From: Phycisphaerales bacterium
Lineage (GTDB): Bacteria; Planctomycetota; Phycisphaerae; WQYP01
Length of the DNA: 61,414 nt
Direction: 5' to 3'
NCBI GenBank assembly: GCA_027451365.1
Contig: DAIDJN010000017.1
Span: 1-61,414, forward strand
Positions 1 to 9,203 of this stretch are shown piece by piece. Position 1 is the stretch's first letter; each line of letters begins with the position of its first letter. The notes under the pieces are model-generated. The model did not search any database. It was given only the letters and a program-made list of their open reading frames with translations, and had not been told where the DNA came from. A program made the position numbers and the translations under genes.

Positions 1-198
1 TTGGCGGGTTTGTATCAGGTTCATCCCTCGCGTATTGCCGCGTGGAAAAAGCGTCTTGTGGAATGTTCAGCGATGGCATTTGAGGAATCGTCTGTTCAGG
101 GGTCCAACCATTCCTCGCCGGCGTTGATGGCGCAGTTGTACGAGCAGATAGGTCGGTTACAGGTGGAATTATCCTGGCTAAAAAAAAGTCTGGACTGA
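1..198 (+). CDS. IS3-family transposase OrfA, C-terminal part (continues the N-terminus at 61316..61414)
   Basis: LAGLYQVHPSRIAAWKK...QLYEQIGRLQVELSWLKKSLD is typical IS3 OrfA HTH plus zipper; A8G tract at 180..188. Confidence 0.85.
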   Translation: MAGLYQVHPSRIAAWKKRLVECSAMAFEESSVQGSNHSSPALMAQLYEQIGRLQVELSWLKKSLD

Positions 199-321
199 AC
201 GCCTGACCAGAAGCGTCAGGCGGTGGATGTCGGCCATCCCCGGTTGTCGGTGCCACAGCGACCGGAGATATTCAACAGCGATCAAGGATGTCAATTTACG
301 TCGGAGGCGTTTGTGGGCGCT
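199..321 (+). pseudogene. IS3-family OrfB remnant with large internal deletion
   Basis: Frame 1 after the TGA reads TPDQKRQAVDVGHPRLSV, then jumps at about 252-256 to PQRPEIFNSDQGCQFTSEAF, the second-Asp motif of the DDE core. The intervening region and the C-terminus are absent. Confidence 0.75.
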
Positions 322-509
322 TTTATTGCCCCGCTGGCCGAAGATGCTGTGTTGGCGGTCAGCCAGCTATTCTCGGGAGAAAAATAACCTGCCGTCCGTT
401 TCCGCCATGCCTTTCCGATCTGAATCGCTACGGTGGATGGCGGCGGTTTGGAGTTAATATGGTCCGCGAATATGGGCTTTGACCTGGGTTTCATAAAATG
501 CGCGGATTT

Positions 510-812
510 TTAGTGCAGGGCGGGCGACGGAGACGCGGCATCGGAGGCGGCCACATTGCCGGTGCCCTGGGCCGGACGGGTGGCACCGGGAATGACTGTG
601 GTGACCGCGGGAAAATCCAGAATCCAGCGGAGGGCCACGCGGGCGAGGTTCTCTGATTCGCCGGTAATGGTTTTGAGCTGGCTGGTCAGTTCAAGGCCTT
701 TTTCAAAAGGCAGACCCGCGACTGTTTCGCCCACGTTGAATTGCGCACCATTGCGGTTAAACGTGCGATGATCATTGGCGGCAAATGAGCTTTGCGGAGT
801 CATTTTGCCGGC
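510..812 (-). pseudogene. Aldo/keto reductase C-terminal fragment
   Basis: AGKMTPQSSFAANDHRTFNRNG...FNVGET...ARVALRWILDFPAVTTVIPGA matches the C-terminal third of AKR-family oxidoreductases. The 5' part is missing and the fragment abuts the IS inverted repeat. Confidence 0.8.
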
Positions 813-814
813 GG

Positions 815-836
815 AACTTTATTGGGGACAATTACA
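815..836 (-). repeat. Right terminal inverted repeat of IS3 element
   Basis: Reverse complement TGTAATTGTCCCCAATAAAGTT vs left end TGTAATACTCCCCAAAAACTGG; TG...CA termini typical of IS3. Confidence 0.7.
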
Positions 837-3800
837 GCCCAGTCTTGCCACAATCGTCGGTGGGGTATTCGCCGAGATGCCACTGACTGCGAATACTGCC
901 GTACTGCAGTGGCCCGGCGGGCGGCTAAATTTCAGGCGCAGGACCTTATCCATGGACAAATTCATCCCGTGGCGGAGTTTTTTCCCGTGGCCGACTATTC
1001 CAGTCAGGTCCCGGAGATTTAAAACGGTCACGAAAAGGGACGGATGCCCGCCGTCGTATGCTTGGTCGAACTTGCCCGTGCCGATATCAACGCGATTGAC
1101 CCCCTTTATTGCCACACCGTAGCTGTTTCCATCGGGAGTCACACCCCCGCGTCCCGGGAAGAACCAATCCGGGGCCGCATAGTCGGTTGCCACGTCAATG
1201 GTGTGCCCCGAAGGATCCTTGAGGAAAAGGGTAACGCGGCCCACCGCCTGCCCCCCGTTGGCGGATGTCGCCAGGAAAGCGATATAATTCAGGGATGGCG
1301 GATGCTTCAACTTCAGGCTGCCGGAATTACGGCTGTCGCCTGTGAGAAACAATGCGTCGCCGGATGGGGAGGATTGCAACCGGAAGTTCGCAGCGCTCGG
1401 ACCGACCACGCCATCGGCGGGTAACCCTGTTAACTTTGGCGCTCCCGTCAGCCCGGCGGAGTAGAAGTCGGCAATTCCGTCTAAAGCGTTGGAAACGTAC
1501 CCACCGAAACCCGGCTTTCCGTTGCCGCCAAGCGCGGCATTTGCGGGCACAACGAGGCGTTGGTTAAGACCATTAACGCCAATCGAGGTGAAGGGCTGTG
1601 TGTGAAACGAAAAATCCTTGATCTGTTGAACTTCGTCGGCCGCGCCGGTACCCGCAGTAAATCCAACATATCCGCAGGGGCCCTGAAGCAGGGTGGTCAA
1701 TGGGGCGGGCAGCCGGTAGGTGGCGTGAAATGTTTTTCCGCCCTGCATTGCCTGAAATTCCAGATTGCGTCCACCGTCGGACGAGATAGTTATCGTAATT
1801 GGAGCGCCCGCCAAATTAAAATTAACAGCCCCGGTGCTCCCGATTGCAATCGGCATGCGGGGCGAGTTCCGGCTCTTGGGCAGGCGGTATGCGATCTCAA
1901 GCGCGGATTGGCCGTCGTTTTCAACCCCAATACCCAGCGAGCCACGAGGCGATTTTCCATTCTGGATCAGCCCCTTGTCGCCACCGTTGTCGCCCTGAAG
2001 AAGGTGTAGCCCATCTTTGGAATTTTGCACGACAAAATAGAATCCATCCCCACCGGTATTTTGGACGACATACTGGAACTGGGCCTTCCATCGCCCGCCT
2101 AGAAACAGTCGGTGGCCGATCCACACGCTCGTCTCCTCGCCGCCGTGGCCGCTGGTAAGCGTAACGGTCTTTTTGTGAATGCGTGGCACTCGTCGAAAGT
2201 AGGCATTCATATTACTATTAAGCATCGCCCCGCGGAAAACTTTAGCATAAGCACCGTTCTTCGTGAATATGACACCCTGCCTTTCGGCCGACATGGAGGG
2301 TGGCGCATCTCCCGGCGAAGTGGCCCAACTGCGGTTGGGCTTGGAGCCGACGACAACTTTCCACAGGCCGCCCTTCGTCACTGCCGTTTCAGGGAACCAC
2401 GGCTTATTAAGGGGTCGGCCATCAATTGAAGCCGACTGGATGTAGGTGTTCTTTCCGCCCGCCCGTGGCGCATCGATGATAAACTTTTTTCCCGAATACG
2501 GTATTGCCAGGCGGATGGTAATCCGCGAGAATCGCGGCGTAACCACTTCGAGGTCCGGAACGCCAGGATCGACCGCGTAAAACCCAACTTGCGAAAGGAC
2601 ATACCAGGATGACATTTCGCCGCAGTCGTCGTTGCCGCCATTAGCCAATCCGCCTGGAGTGTTGGTGAATGTTCTGTTGGCCTCGTAATTGACGATGTGT
2701 TGGGCTTTCCAGGGCTGGCCGACATAGTCGTAAAGAAATGGCACCTGGATATCTGGTTCGTTGGTGGGATCATAATGGTTACCTTTGAAGAACGCCGTGA
2801 GCTTATCCGAAAATGCGACATTACCTCCCAACAGGTTGATAAGCCCTTGGACATCCTGCGGCACCAACCACAAATATTCCCAACCGGTTCCCTCGACGAA
2901 ATGCACCGAGTCGTATCGATCAGGATCAAAATTGGGAAGCCAAGCTCCGTCGGGCAGACGCGGCACAATGAAGCCATCGACGGGGTCGAACATTTCCCGA
3001 TACTGCTGGCCCCATTCTGCGAGGCGGTCGCCTTCTCTGATGTGGCCAAGGGAAAGCGCCAGCCTGGACAAAGCGGCAAAGGAAATATCGTATTCTTCGT
3101 CAGTGGACACCCCGCCGCTGGCCGGGAACGCTCCCCGGTGGTGTAAATTAGCCATGGCGACCATCCCCGCGTATGCTGTTTTAATATCAAAGTGGTGCAA
3201 CCCAGCTTCCCACACGTGCGACAGCCAGATGGTCATCGGGTCGCCCACCATGCAACTCCCGGGGACATTGGCGGCCGGCCACCGCCAAATATGGCCCGTT
3301 TGCCTGTACATTTCCACAATGGACTGCGCCATGTCCGCAGTCCGCGTTGGCGCAATGAGTGCCAGCAGGGGAATTTCCGAGCGATAGATGTCCCATCCTG
3401 AAAAATTAGCGTAAATATGATTATGGCCGACGGGGACACGGTGGATTTTCTTGTCGTAGCCGACGTAACGTCCATCGACATCGTCAAAAACGGTGGGATC
3501 AATCATGGTGTGGTAGAGCGCGGTGTAGAAGCAGGCCCGATGCGCAGCCGAGCCGCCCCGAACATGGATGACCGAAAGCGCCCGGTTCCAGATTTTCGCC
3601 GCCGCATCGCGGTACCGGTCGAAATCCCACGAATGCATTTCAGCCCTGAGGTTTTTCATCGCGCCATTCACGCTGACATAGGAAATGCCCACCCGGACCT
3701 CGACGGTCTGCGGCTTGGGCGATGCGGGCCAACTCATAAAGGCACCGATTTTATTCTTCTCCTTTTTCTGATTGACGGTAGTTTTTCCGGGAAGCATTTT

Positions 3801-4514
3801 GCCAGCTTTCCACAAACCGTATTTTTGAGACGGGCGGTTGGCCTGCATGGCAAAGTAAATCCGGGCCGGCCCCGACGCGCAGAAAATGTCGCTGGTGACG
3901 TAGCCCGTCAGGGTGTGATCGTTGATAAAATGGAGATGGCACGGATGGCTATAAGAGGTCATCACATGGCTGATGGGCAGGAGAATGTTCTCTTGCTTGC
4001 CGGCCGGGAATTCGAATCTGGCCATGCCGCATCGCAGAGTCGTGGTAAGTTCAGCGTTGATTCCCCAAGTTTGCTCTAAAACGCGGTAATAGCCGGGAGA
4101 AGCGGCTTCATCCTTATGGTCAAAGGCAAAGCGGTATTGCCGGGGGTGGATAGTGACGGGACCGCTTGTGGCGGTAAAAAACACATCGCCATAGCTGAGG
4201 CAGCCCGTTCCGCTGAGGTGGGTCATACTGAAGCCATCGATGTGATGGCCCGTATAGTCGTACGACTCACCGTAGCCGATTTCCCGACGTGGCATATCGG
4301 GACTGAGCTGCACCATCCCGAAAGGCAGCGTGGCACCGGGGAAGGTGTGGCCGCCATTGGTGGTCCCGACGAAGGTATTGACGCAATCGACCGGCGGGGA
4401 GGCAGGCGCGGGGGCACCGGCCGCGGCCGCACGCAGGCAGCCGACGAACAGTGTAAAGATAGCAAACATCGCCACTGAGGTGCTTCCGTAGCGGAAGCGA
4501 GACATACATGACAT
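819..4514 (-). CDS. GH92 alpha-mannosidase with signal peptide, C-terminal L-type lectin-like and beta-sandwich domains; 3' end truncated by IS
   Basis: VNTFVGT, TFPGATLPFGMVQLSPD, FSMTHLSGTGC, FSGWDIYRS, FVEG, NEPD, NDDCGEMSSWYV; lectin-like GDGFYFVVQN...YVGFTAGTG; RBS GAGGAG upstream of ATG 4514. The ORF extends in frame to 4724. Confidence 0.9.
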   Translation of the reverse strand: MSCMSRFRYGSTSVAMFAIFTLFVGCLRAAAAGAPAPASPPVDCVNTFVGTTNGGHTFPGATLPFGMVQLSPDMPRREIGYGESYDYTGHHIDGFSMTHLSGTGCLSYGDVFFTATSGPVTIHPRQYRFAFDHKDEAASPGYYRVLEQTWGINAELTTTLRCGMARFEFPAGKQENILLPISHVMTSYSHPCHLHFINDHTLTGYVTSDIFCASGPARIYFAMQANRPSQKYGLWKAGKMLPGKTTVNQKKEKNKIGAFMSWPASPKPQTVEVRVGISYVSVNGAMKNLRAEMHSWDFDRYRDAAAKIWNRALSVIHVRGGSAAHRACFYTALYHTMIDPTVFDDVDGRYVGYDKKIHRVPVGHNHIYANFSGWDIYRSEIPLLALIAPTRTADMAQSIVEMYRQTGHIWRWPAANVPGSCMVGDPMTIWLSHVWEAGLHHFDIKTAYAGMVAMANLHHRGAFPASGGVSTDEEYDISFAALSRLALSLGHIREGDRLAEWGQQYREMFDPVDGFIVPRLPDGAWLPNFDPDRYDSVHFVEGTGWEYLWLVPQDVQGLINLLGGNVAFSDKLTAFFKGNHYDPTNEPDIQVPFLYDYVGQPWKAQHIVNYEANRTFTNTPGGLANGGNDDCGEMSSWYVLSQVGFYAVDPGVPDLEVVTPRFSRITIRLAIPYSGKKFIIDAPRAGGKNTYIQSASIDGRPLNKPWFPETAVTKGGLWKVVVGSKPNRSWATSPGDAPPSMSAERQGVIFTKNGAYAKVFRGAMLNSNMNAYFRRVPRIHKKTVTLTSGHGGEETSVWIGHRLFLGGRWKAQFQYVVQNTGGDGFYFVVQNSKDGLHLLQGDNGGDKGLIQNGKSPRGSLGIGVENDGQSALEIAYRLPKSRNSPRMPIAIGSTGAVNFNLAGAPITITISSDGGRNLEFQAMQGGKTFHATYRLPAPLTTLLQGPCGYVGFTAGTGAADEVQQIKDFSFHTQPFTSIGVNGLNQRLVVPANAALGGNGKPGFGGYVSNALDGIADFYSAGLTGAPKLTGLPADGVVGPSAANFRLQSSPSGDALFLTGDSRNSGSLKLKHPPSLNYIAFLATSANGGQAVGRVTLFLKDPSGHTIDVATDYAAPDWFFPGRGGVTPDGNSYGVAIKGVNRVDIGTGKFDQAYDGGHPSLFVTVLNLRDLTGIVGHGKKLRHGMNLSMDKVLRLKFSRPPGHCSTAVFAVSGISANTPPTIVARLGCNCPQ

Positions 4515-4724
4515 ATGAACATACTCCTCGACTCGGATGAGGCCATCTTGAACCAGTCGCTTGATTGCACCGCTGGCGGTTGGTCGTGACATACCAAACT
4601 GGCTGGCTAAATCCCGCTCGGTCGGAATCCGCTCGTTAATACGAAATCTGCCGGTTTCAATTCCACGTCGGATAAAGTCATAGAGTTGGTCGGCTTTCTT
4701 GGACACTCGCAAAAGTTCGCCCAA
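4515..4724 (-). CDS. GntR-family winged-HTH domain in frame with the GH92 (probable truncated regulator)
   Basis: QLYDFIRRGIETGRFRINERIPTERDLASQFGMSRPTASGAIKRLVQDGLI is a GntR HTH signature; no effector domain and no stop before the GH92. Confidence 0.8.
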
Positions 4725-4791
4725 ATACTCAATTGTAATATTATCGGAGGTTCGGTCGCGGGTGTGCTTAGCCCGCCCCTTAGTTTTACGA

Positions 4792-4821
4792 CTTATAATG
4801 CCTTAAGGGGTTCTATGTCAA
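4792..4821 (-). promoter_or_regulatory. sigma70-type promoter for GntR/GH92
   Basis: TTGACA (4821..4816), 18 nt spacer, TATAAG (4797..4792). Confidence 0.55.
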
Positions 4822-4993
4822 TTAACTGGTCCGACCGGAATGGAGAACTGGCGTGCGGGTGGTGCGCTACGGCCGAAGGTATGGCAGGGAACCTTCGGCT
4901 GCGCGGGATCGGCCCCGCGATAGCTGCTTAGTGCCACCCATGGGAAATGAATTCCCGGCGGGTTTGCGAGCTAATTCATGGGTTGCGTCAAAA

Positions 4994-6757
4994 TCAGCGC
5001 AAGCGGGCCGAACGGCGCAGAATCAGCGGCGCAAAACCAACCGCCAGCAACAGCAATGCGGCCGGCTCTGGCGTGGCCGCCACGTTCCAAGCCAGCGCAT
5101 AAGGATCGGACGTGTTGAGCGTGAAACTTGGCGCAGTGGATTGCTGATAACCGGCGTCAAAAACTTCAAGGTCATATTTGTCGCCCGGCGTAAGCGAACT
5201 GATGGATTGAAAAATGGTTTGCGTATTGTCATTGATGCTGGTGGACTGGCTGACCAACTGGCCGGTGGTGGCGTTATATAGATACAAATACAGGCTGTTG
5301 AAAGCCTCCGGCGACGGAGCCGAACCACCCGGCGACGTAGCGGATGGCATGGCCAGGCCGTAAAGGCTGGTGCCGGAAATGCGGGAATAAGATAGCGAAG
5401 TCTGGGCATTCCATACAAGGGTTGCCGTCAGATGACCGGCGACGGCACCGGCGGGAAGATTAAGCAAATAGTGGCTCACGTTGCTTCCAGTGGAAGAGGC
5501 CGTGGCGAAATTCCACCCTTCAAGTGGTACAGCCGTACCGCTGGTAATGGGCGTCGAATTGCTGTTGACCGCGCTGGCGGCGTGCTGGCCAGCTTCCAGA
5601 TTCTGATAACTCTGATAGACATCCAGGCTGTCCGCACCGACATTCTGACTTAATGAATTTCCGGCGGAAGGAGCCCAGTTGGACGCCTTATCCGCACCGT
5701 TCATCAGCAGAGCCTTCAGCGTTTGGGCTTGCGAGGCAGACGTGTTACCCATTTGATTACCCGCCTGAACCAGCAACGCCGCCGCACCGGAAACCAGCGG
5801 CGTGGTATAGCTGGAAGCCGTACCGGGGGCAATGAGGTCCGGACTGGAAAGGCCGGTTAGCGTAGGCCCGTTGGTGGAATTATTTGCGGCCAATGCTGAA
5901 GCGCTTACGGAAATACCGTTGTACGCTGTAGACGGCGGGTTGACCGCCAGCGAAAAGGACCCATTGGAATAAGTGGTGGCACCATCACCGACCGCGGTCA
6001 CAAAAAGTGTTCCGTAGTAATTTGCGTAGGCATCATAATTCAGATTGGATTGCTGTTCCTGGACCAGTTCCTGCTGCTGCGTGGTACCCGAATTAAAAGT
6101 GTTTAGAAAGCTTTGATTCACAATTTTATCGTTATGCAGTGTGGCAATGGGGATATAATTGCCGCGGCTTGGCGAATAGTACACGCCGATAACATCCGTT
6201 TCAAACCAGCTCGCGGAATAATTATCCACCTGGGAAATACCGGGTGCCACGCCGTTGGCCCCCCACAAATAACCGCCGACGCTGTTGGCGTGCCCGGATA
6301 CAGTGTATTGGTAATAAGAACTCGACGAGCCGGTGGTAAAATCATGCAGCACGCCGCTTGTGGTGTCCACATTAGGTTGCGTGCCGGGACTTGAAGCGCC
6401 CGGTGCGGTTGGATAGAAATAGTCGGGAGCATTTCCGATATAGGTCACGACCGGTCCGGAATTCGGAGTGCTGACTTCAAATTGATCGGCGTATGGGGAA
6501 GCCTGTGTTCCGCTGCCACCGCTGCTAAGGCTTGCCTCCACCTGACCGATATTGACCCCGGCACCGGTAAGGCCGCTGGGCAATCCGGTCATGCCGATTC
6601 CCGTGGGGCTGGCCTCCGCGCCGGCGGCGATACCCACCGTTAATGCGGCAGCCACGCAGGCCCAAAGCAGCCGCTGCCGTTTGCCGTGGTCGCCGAATTG
6701 AATGCAGGCAGGACTCAACTTGTTTGATCCGATAAGGCTGACGATGGGCATCGGCAT
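4994..6757 (-). CDS. PEP-CTERM-anchored S8 subtilisin-like peptidase
   Basis: GAGVNIGQVE, SGHANSVG, PDLIAPG, ASSYTTPLVSGAAALL, LKALLMNGA; C-terminal TPEPAALLLLAVGFAPLILRRSARLR; start uncertain (6757/6751, GGAGAG RBS). Confidence 0.8.
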   Translation of the reverse strand: MPMPIVSLIGSNKLSPACIQFGDHGKRQRLLWACVAAALTVGIAAGAEASPTGIGMTGLPSGLTGAGVNIGQVEASLSSGGSGTQASPYADQFEVSTPNSGPVVTYIGNAPDYFYPTAPGASSPGTQPNVDTTSGVLHDFTTGSSSSYYQYTVSGHANSVGGYLWGANGVAPGISQVDNYSASWFETDVIGVYYSPSRGNYIPIATLHNDKIVNQSFLNTFNSGTTQQQELVQEQQSNLNYDAYANYYGTLFVTAVGDGATTYSNGSFSLAVNPPSTAYNGISVSASALAANNSTNGPTLTGLSSPDLIAPGTASSYTTPLVSGAAALLVQAGNQMGNTSASQAQTLKALLMNGADKASNWAPSAGNSLSQNVGADSLDVYQSYQNLEAGQHAASAVNSNSTPITSGTAVPLEGWNFATASSTGSNVSHYLLNLPAGAVAGHLTATLVWNAQTSLSYSRISGTSLYGLAMPSATSPGGSAPSPEAFNSLYLYLYNATTGQLVSQSTSINDNTQTIFQSISSLTPGDKYDLEVFDAGYQQSTAPSFTLNTSDPYALAWNVAATPEPAALLLLAVGFAPLILRRSARLR

Positions 6758-6821
6758 TTCTCTCCAATCGAAGTTCAAAACTCTTATGCTCAAGCGAGGA
6801 AGTAGCCTTCTCCGAATTAGG

Positions 6822-6850
6822 AGACTAGTCTATTTTCAGGCGCGAGTCAA
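6822..6850 (-). promoter_or_regulatory. sigma70-type promoter for subtilase gene
   Basis: TTGACT-17 nt-TAGTCT. Confidence 0.45.
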
Positions 6851-6917
6851 AGTAATTCCGTGAATTTCCAACACCTTAAACGTTACCGGACCAAGAGAAG
6901 TTCGGCATAGCGAATAT

Positions 6918-7262
6918 TCACCGATCCTGCGGCAATTGGATAACCATATGATCGTTGACCTGTCGCGGACTCAAGTGCATGGCCCCCAGGGAGGCTCGCC
7001 CGCGGCCCGACCATACCCACAGGTCGTCCGTATCCAGGGGATTCAGATAAAATGAGAAGGTCCCATCCGCGTGGCCGCTAAACCGGTCACCTGACAACTG
7101 ACTCTCCGGCGGTCCGACGGAAAACTGTGCATCGGGCACAGGCGTTTTGGTGCCGCTCCATTCCACCATCCCGGCCACGTGGGTGCAGCCGGCAATTCCC
7201 AGGGCCGAAATCGACAGCGCCAGAAACAGGCCGCGTGAAATCATACAATTATATTTAATCAT
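6918..7262 (-). CDS. Hypothetical lipoprotein
   Basis: Hydrophobic signal ending LGIAGC (lipobox); co-oriented downstream of hisF; start uncertain. Confidence 0.65.
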   Translation of the reverse strand: MIKYNCMISRGLFLALSISALGIAGCTHVAGMVEWSGTKTPVPDAQFSVGPPESQLSGDRFSGHADGTFSFYLNPLDTDDLWVWSGRGRASLGAMHLSPRQVNDHMVIQLPQDR

Positions 7263-7318
7263 ACATATTACCAATCATTACACATTAAGCTGGCAAGCCG
7301 GAGAAACACCAGAACCGT

Positions 7319-8296
7319 TCACGGCGAATCCACGGAATTCAGAACGCTGCGCACGGCCACTATCCGCAAGCCGGAAAAATCCGGACTGGCAAACGCATAT
7401 TTCGCCGGCACTTTTAATTGCAGCGTCGCCTTAGAGACCACCAGATGTAATTCGGCTTTTCCCGCCGGGTAAACAAGGTCAATGTGCATGGGCACCATCA
7501 CGGGTTGCGTTCCGTCCCGCGGCTCCAGAGGCCTGTAATCCGAAAGACTGGAGCGCGCCTCGGAAATTCCATCCGCATTGAACATCGCCACTTGTGCGAC
7601 ATTCCCGGTCAATCGGTCGACCACCAGTTCGCGCTGCACAAACCGACTTCCATTCGGCAGACGTTCAACGACAAACAGCCGATTGTAGCGGTCGCGCGGG
7701 AAACCGGTCATGACCACGCTTTGCGCTGCGGTTTGCCGCAATTCACCCACCGCCAGCATCTGCAATACCTGCCGGGGATCTATTGGAATTGCGCGGGCAT
7801 GCGGATCAGATCGGCCAGGGTGTCCCACATAGGCAATTTTATTCCGCCGATTCACCAGCCAGTACATGCGATTGTTGATTCCCATTTCAAAAACGTTTTC
7901 GCCCAGATACGTTCCGCTAAGCAGCAGGCTCACCGGGCCAGTTCCTTCTTGCCGAGCCTGCTGATCGACCATCATCACAAAATGGGTTTGAAATTCATGT
8001 CTATTGCCCAGTCGATCCGTGTAATCAAGCTTAAGGGATCCGACGAGCCGCAGTGTGGCCAGTCGCAGGGCGCGGCGGTTGAGCTGTGAAATCTGCTGTA
8101 CGGCGGAAATCGGCGGTGGCAGCGGCGCGGCCGACTGTTGCGCAGATTGACATCCGGCAATTGCCGCAATCGCCGGAAAGACCACGGCCGCTGTGAACAT
8201 CTTCCATCGCCAAGCGATTCGGCCAATCGACCCGGTCCGGTCAAATGACGCTTTATCCGGTTGATGCGCCGCGGTGTGCATGATCGCTTCTTTCAT
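7319..8296 (-). CDS. Hypothetical lipoprotein, possibly LolA/LolB-like beta fold
   Basis: AIAAIAGC lipobox; beta-rich mature region ending PMHIDLVYP..AELHLVV..FASPDF; start uncertain. Confidence 0.65.
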   Translation of the reverse strand: MKEAIMHTAAHQPDKASFDRTGSIGRIAWRWKMFTAAVVFPAIAAIAGCQSAQQSAAPLPPPISAVQQISQLNRRALRLATLRLVGSLKLDYTDRLGNRHEFQTHFVMMVDQQARQEGTGPVSLLLSGTYLGENVFEMGINNRMYWLVNRRNKIAYVGHPGRSDPHARAIPIDPRQVLQMLAVGELRQTAAQSVVMTGFPRDRYNRLFVVERLPNGSRFVQRELVVDRLTGNVAQVAMFNADGISEARSSLSDYRPLEPRDGTQPVMVPMHIDLVYPAGKAELHLVVSKATLQLKVPAKYAFASPDFSGLRIVAVRSVLNSVDSP

Positions 8297-8369
8297 AAAT
8301 CCAATCCCCGGAATCCAACCGACGCGGCCCCGGCTAAACAGCCGCGTAGGACCACGCCGCGGCGCGGCC

Positions 8370-9143
8370 CTAAACCCGTCGAACATTCACATCATGGTCG
8401 GCAAGATAATCTTTTACCTGCCGGATAGACCAAGTGCGGAAATGGAAAATAGATGCCGCCAGGGCCGCATCCGCCTTTCCTTCCTGCAGAACATTCAGCA
8501 GATGCTCCGGCTTACCCGCCCCGCCACTGGCGACCACGGGAATATGTACCGCATCGCTAACCGAACGGGTCATTTCAATATCATACCCTTCCTGCGTGCC
8601 ATCGGAATTCATAACGTTAAGCACAATTTCGCCCGCACCTAGTTTTTCCGCTTCAATCGCCCAGGACAACACGTCACGGCCCGTCCCTAACCGGCCGCCA
8701 TTAATAAAAACCTCCCAGAATTCGGTACCGTCCGGCCGGGCCACGCGGTTTGCATCCAGACCAAGCACGGTGGCGCAACGGCCGAATTTACGCGAAATTT
8801 CCGCCAGTAGCCCGGGATTTTTGACGGCGGCCGAATTCAGGCTGACCTTTTCGGCGCCGGCTTGAATCAGGGCGGTGGCGTCGTCGAGGGTGCGAATCCC
8901 CCCCCCCACCGTAATGGGCATAAATACCCGATCGGCCACGCGCCGCACCACATCGGTCATAATCTGGCGACCTTCATGGCTGGCGGTGATATCGTAAAAT
9001 ACGAGTTCATCGGCACCGGCCTGGTCATAAAACACAGCCTGTTCCTCGGGGTCACCAGCGTCCACATGGTCGAAGAAGCGCACCCCTTTTACCACCCGGC
9101 CGCGGTCTACATCCAAACACGGAATGATACGTTTTGTTAACAT
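8370..9143 (-). CDS. hisF: Imidazole glycerol phosphate synthase cyclase subunit
   Basis: [58 protein letters not shown]. Confidence 0.97.
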   Translation of the reverse strand: MLTKRIIPCLDVDRGRVVKGVRFFDHVDAGDPEEQAVFYDQAGADELVFYDITASHEGRQIMTDVVRRVADRVFMPITVGGGIRTLDDATALIQAGAEKVSLNSAAVKNPGLLAEISRKFGRCATVLGLDANRVARPDGTEFWEVFINGGRLGTGRDVLSWAIEAEKLGAGEIVLNVMNSDGTQEGYDIEMTRSVSDAVHIPVVASGGAGKPEHLLNVLQEGKADAALAASIFHFRTWSIRQVKDYLADHDVNVRRV

Positions 9144-9203
9144 ATACGGATTATAAGCCACCGGCCGCAATCAGGCGACAGGCCCGCGGCGATGAAAGGA
9201 TTA

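Larger units (their letters stand above)
1..836 (+). mobile_element. IS3-family element, right portion (orfA 3' part, internally deleted orfB, passenger DNA, right inverted repeat)
   Basis: orfA C-terminal leucine-zipper motif LYEQIGRLQVELSWLKK; orfB pieces QKRQAVDVGHPRLSV and PEIFNSDQGCQFTS; 815..836 reverse complement TGTAATTGTCCCCAATAA matches the left end at 61249 in 15 of 18 positions. Confidence 0.75.

Noticed and set aside
8898..8907. C10 tract (G10 on the coding strand) in hisF as a phase-variation switch
   Set aside because: It encodes the conserved VGGGI motif in frame in a housekeeping gene; nothing indicates switching
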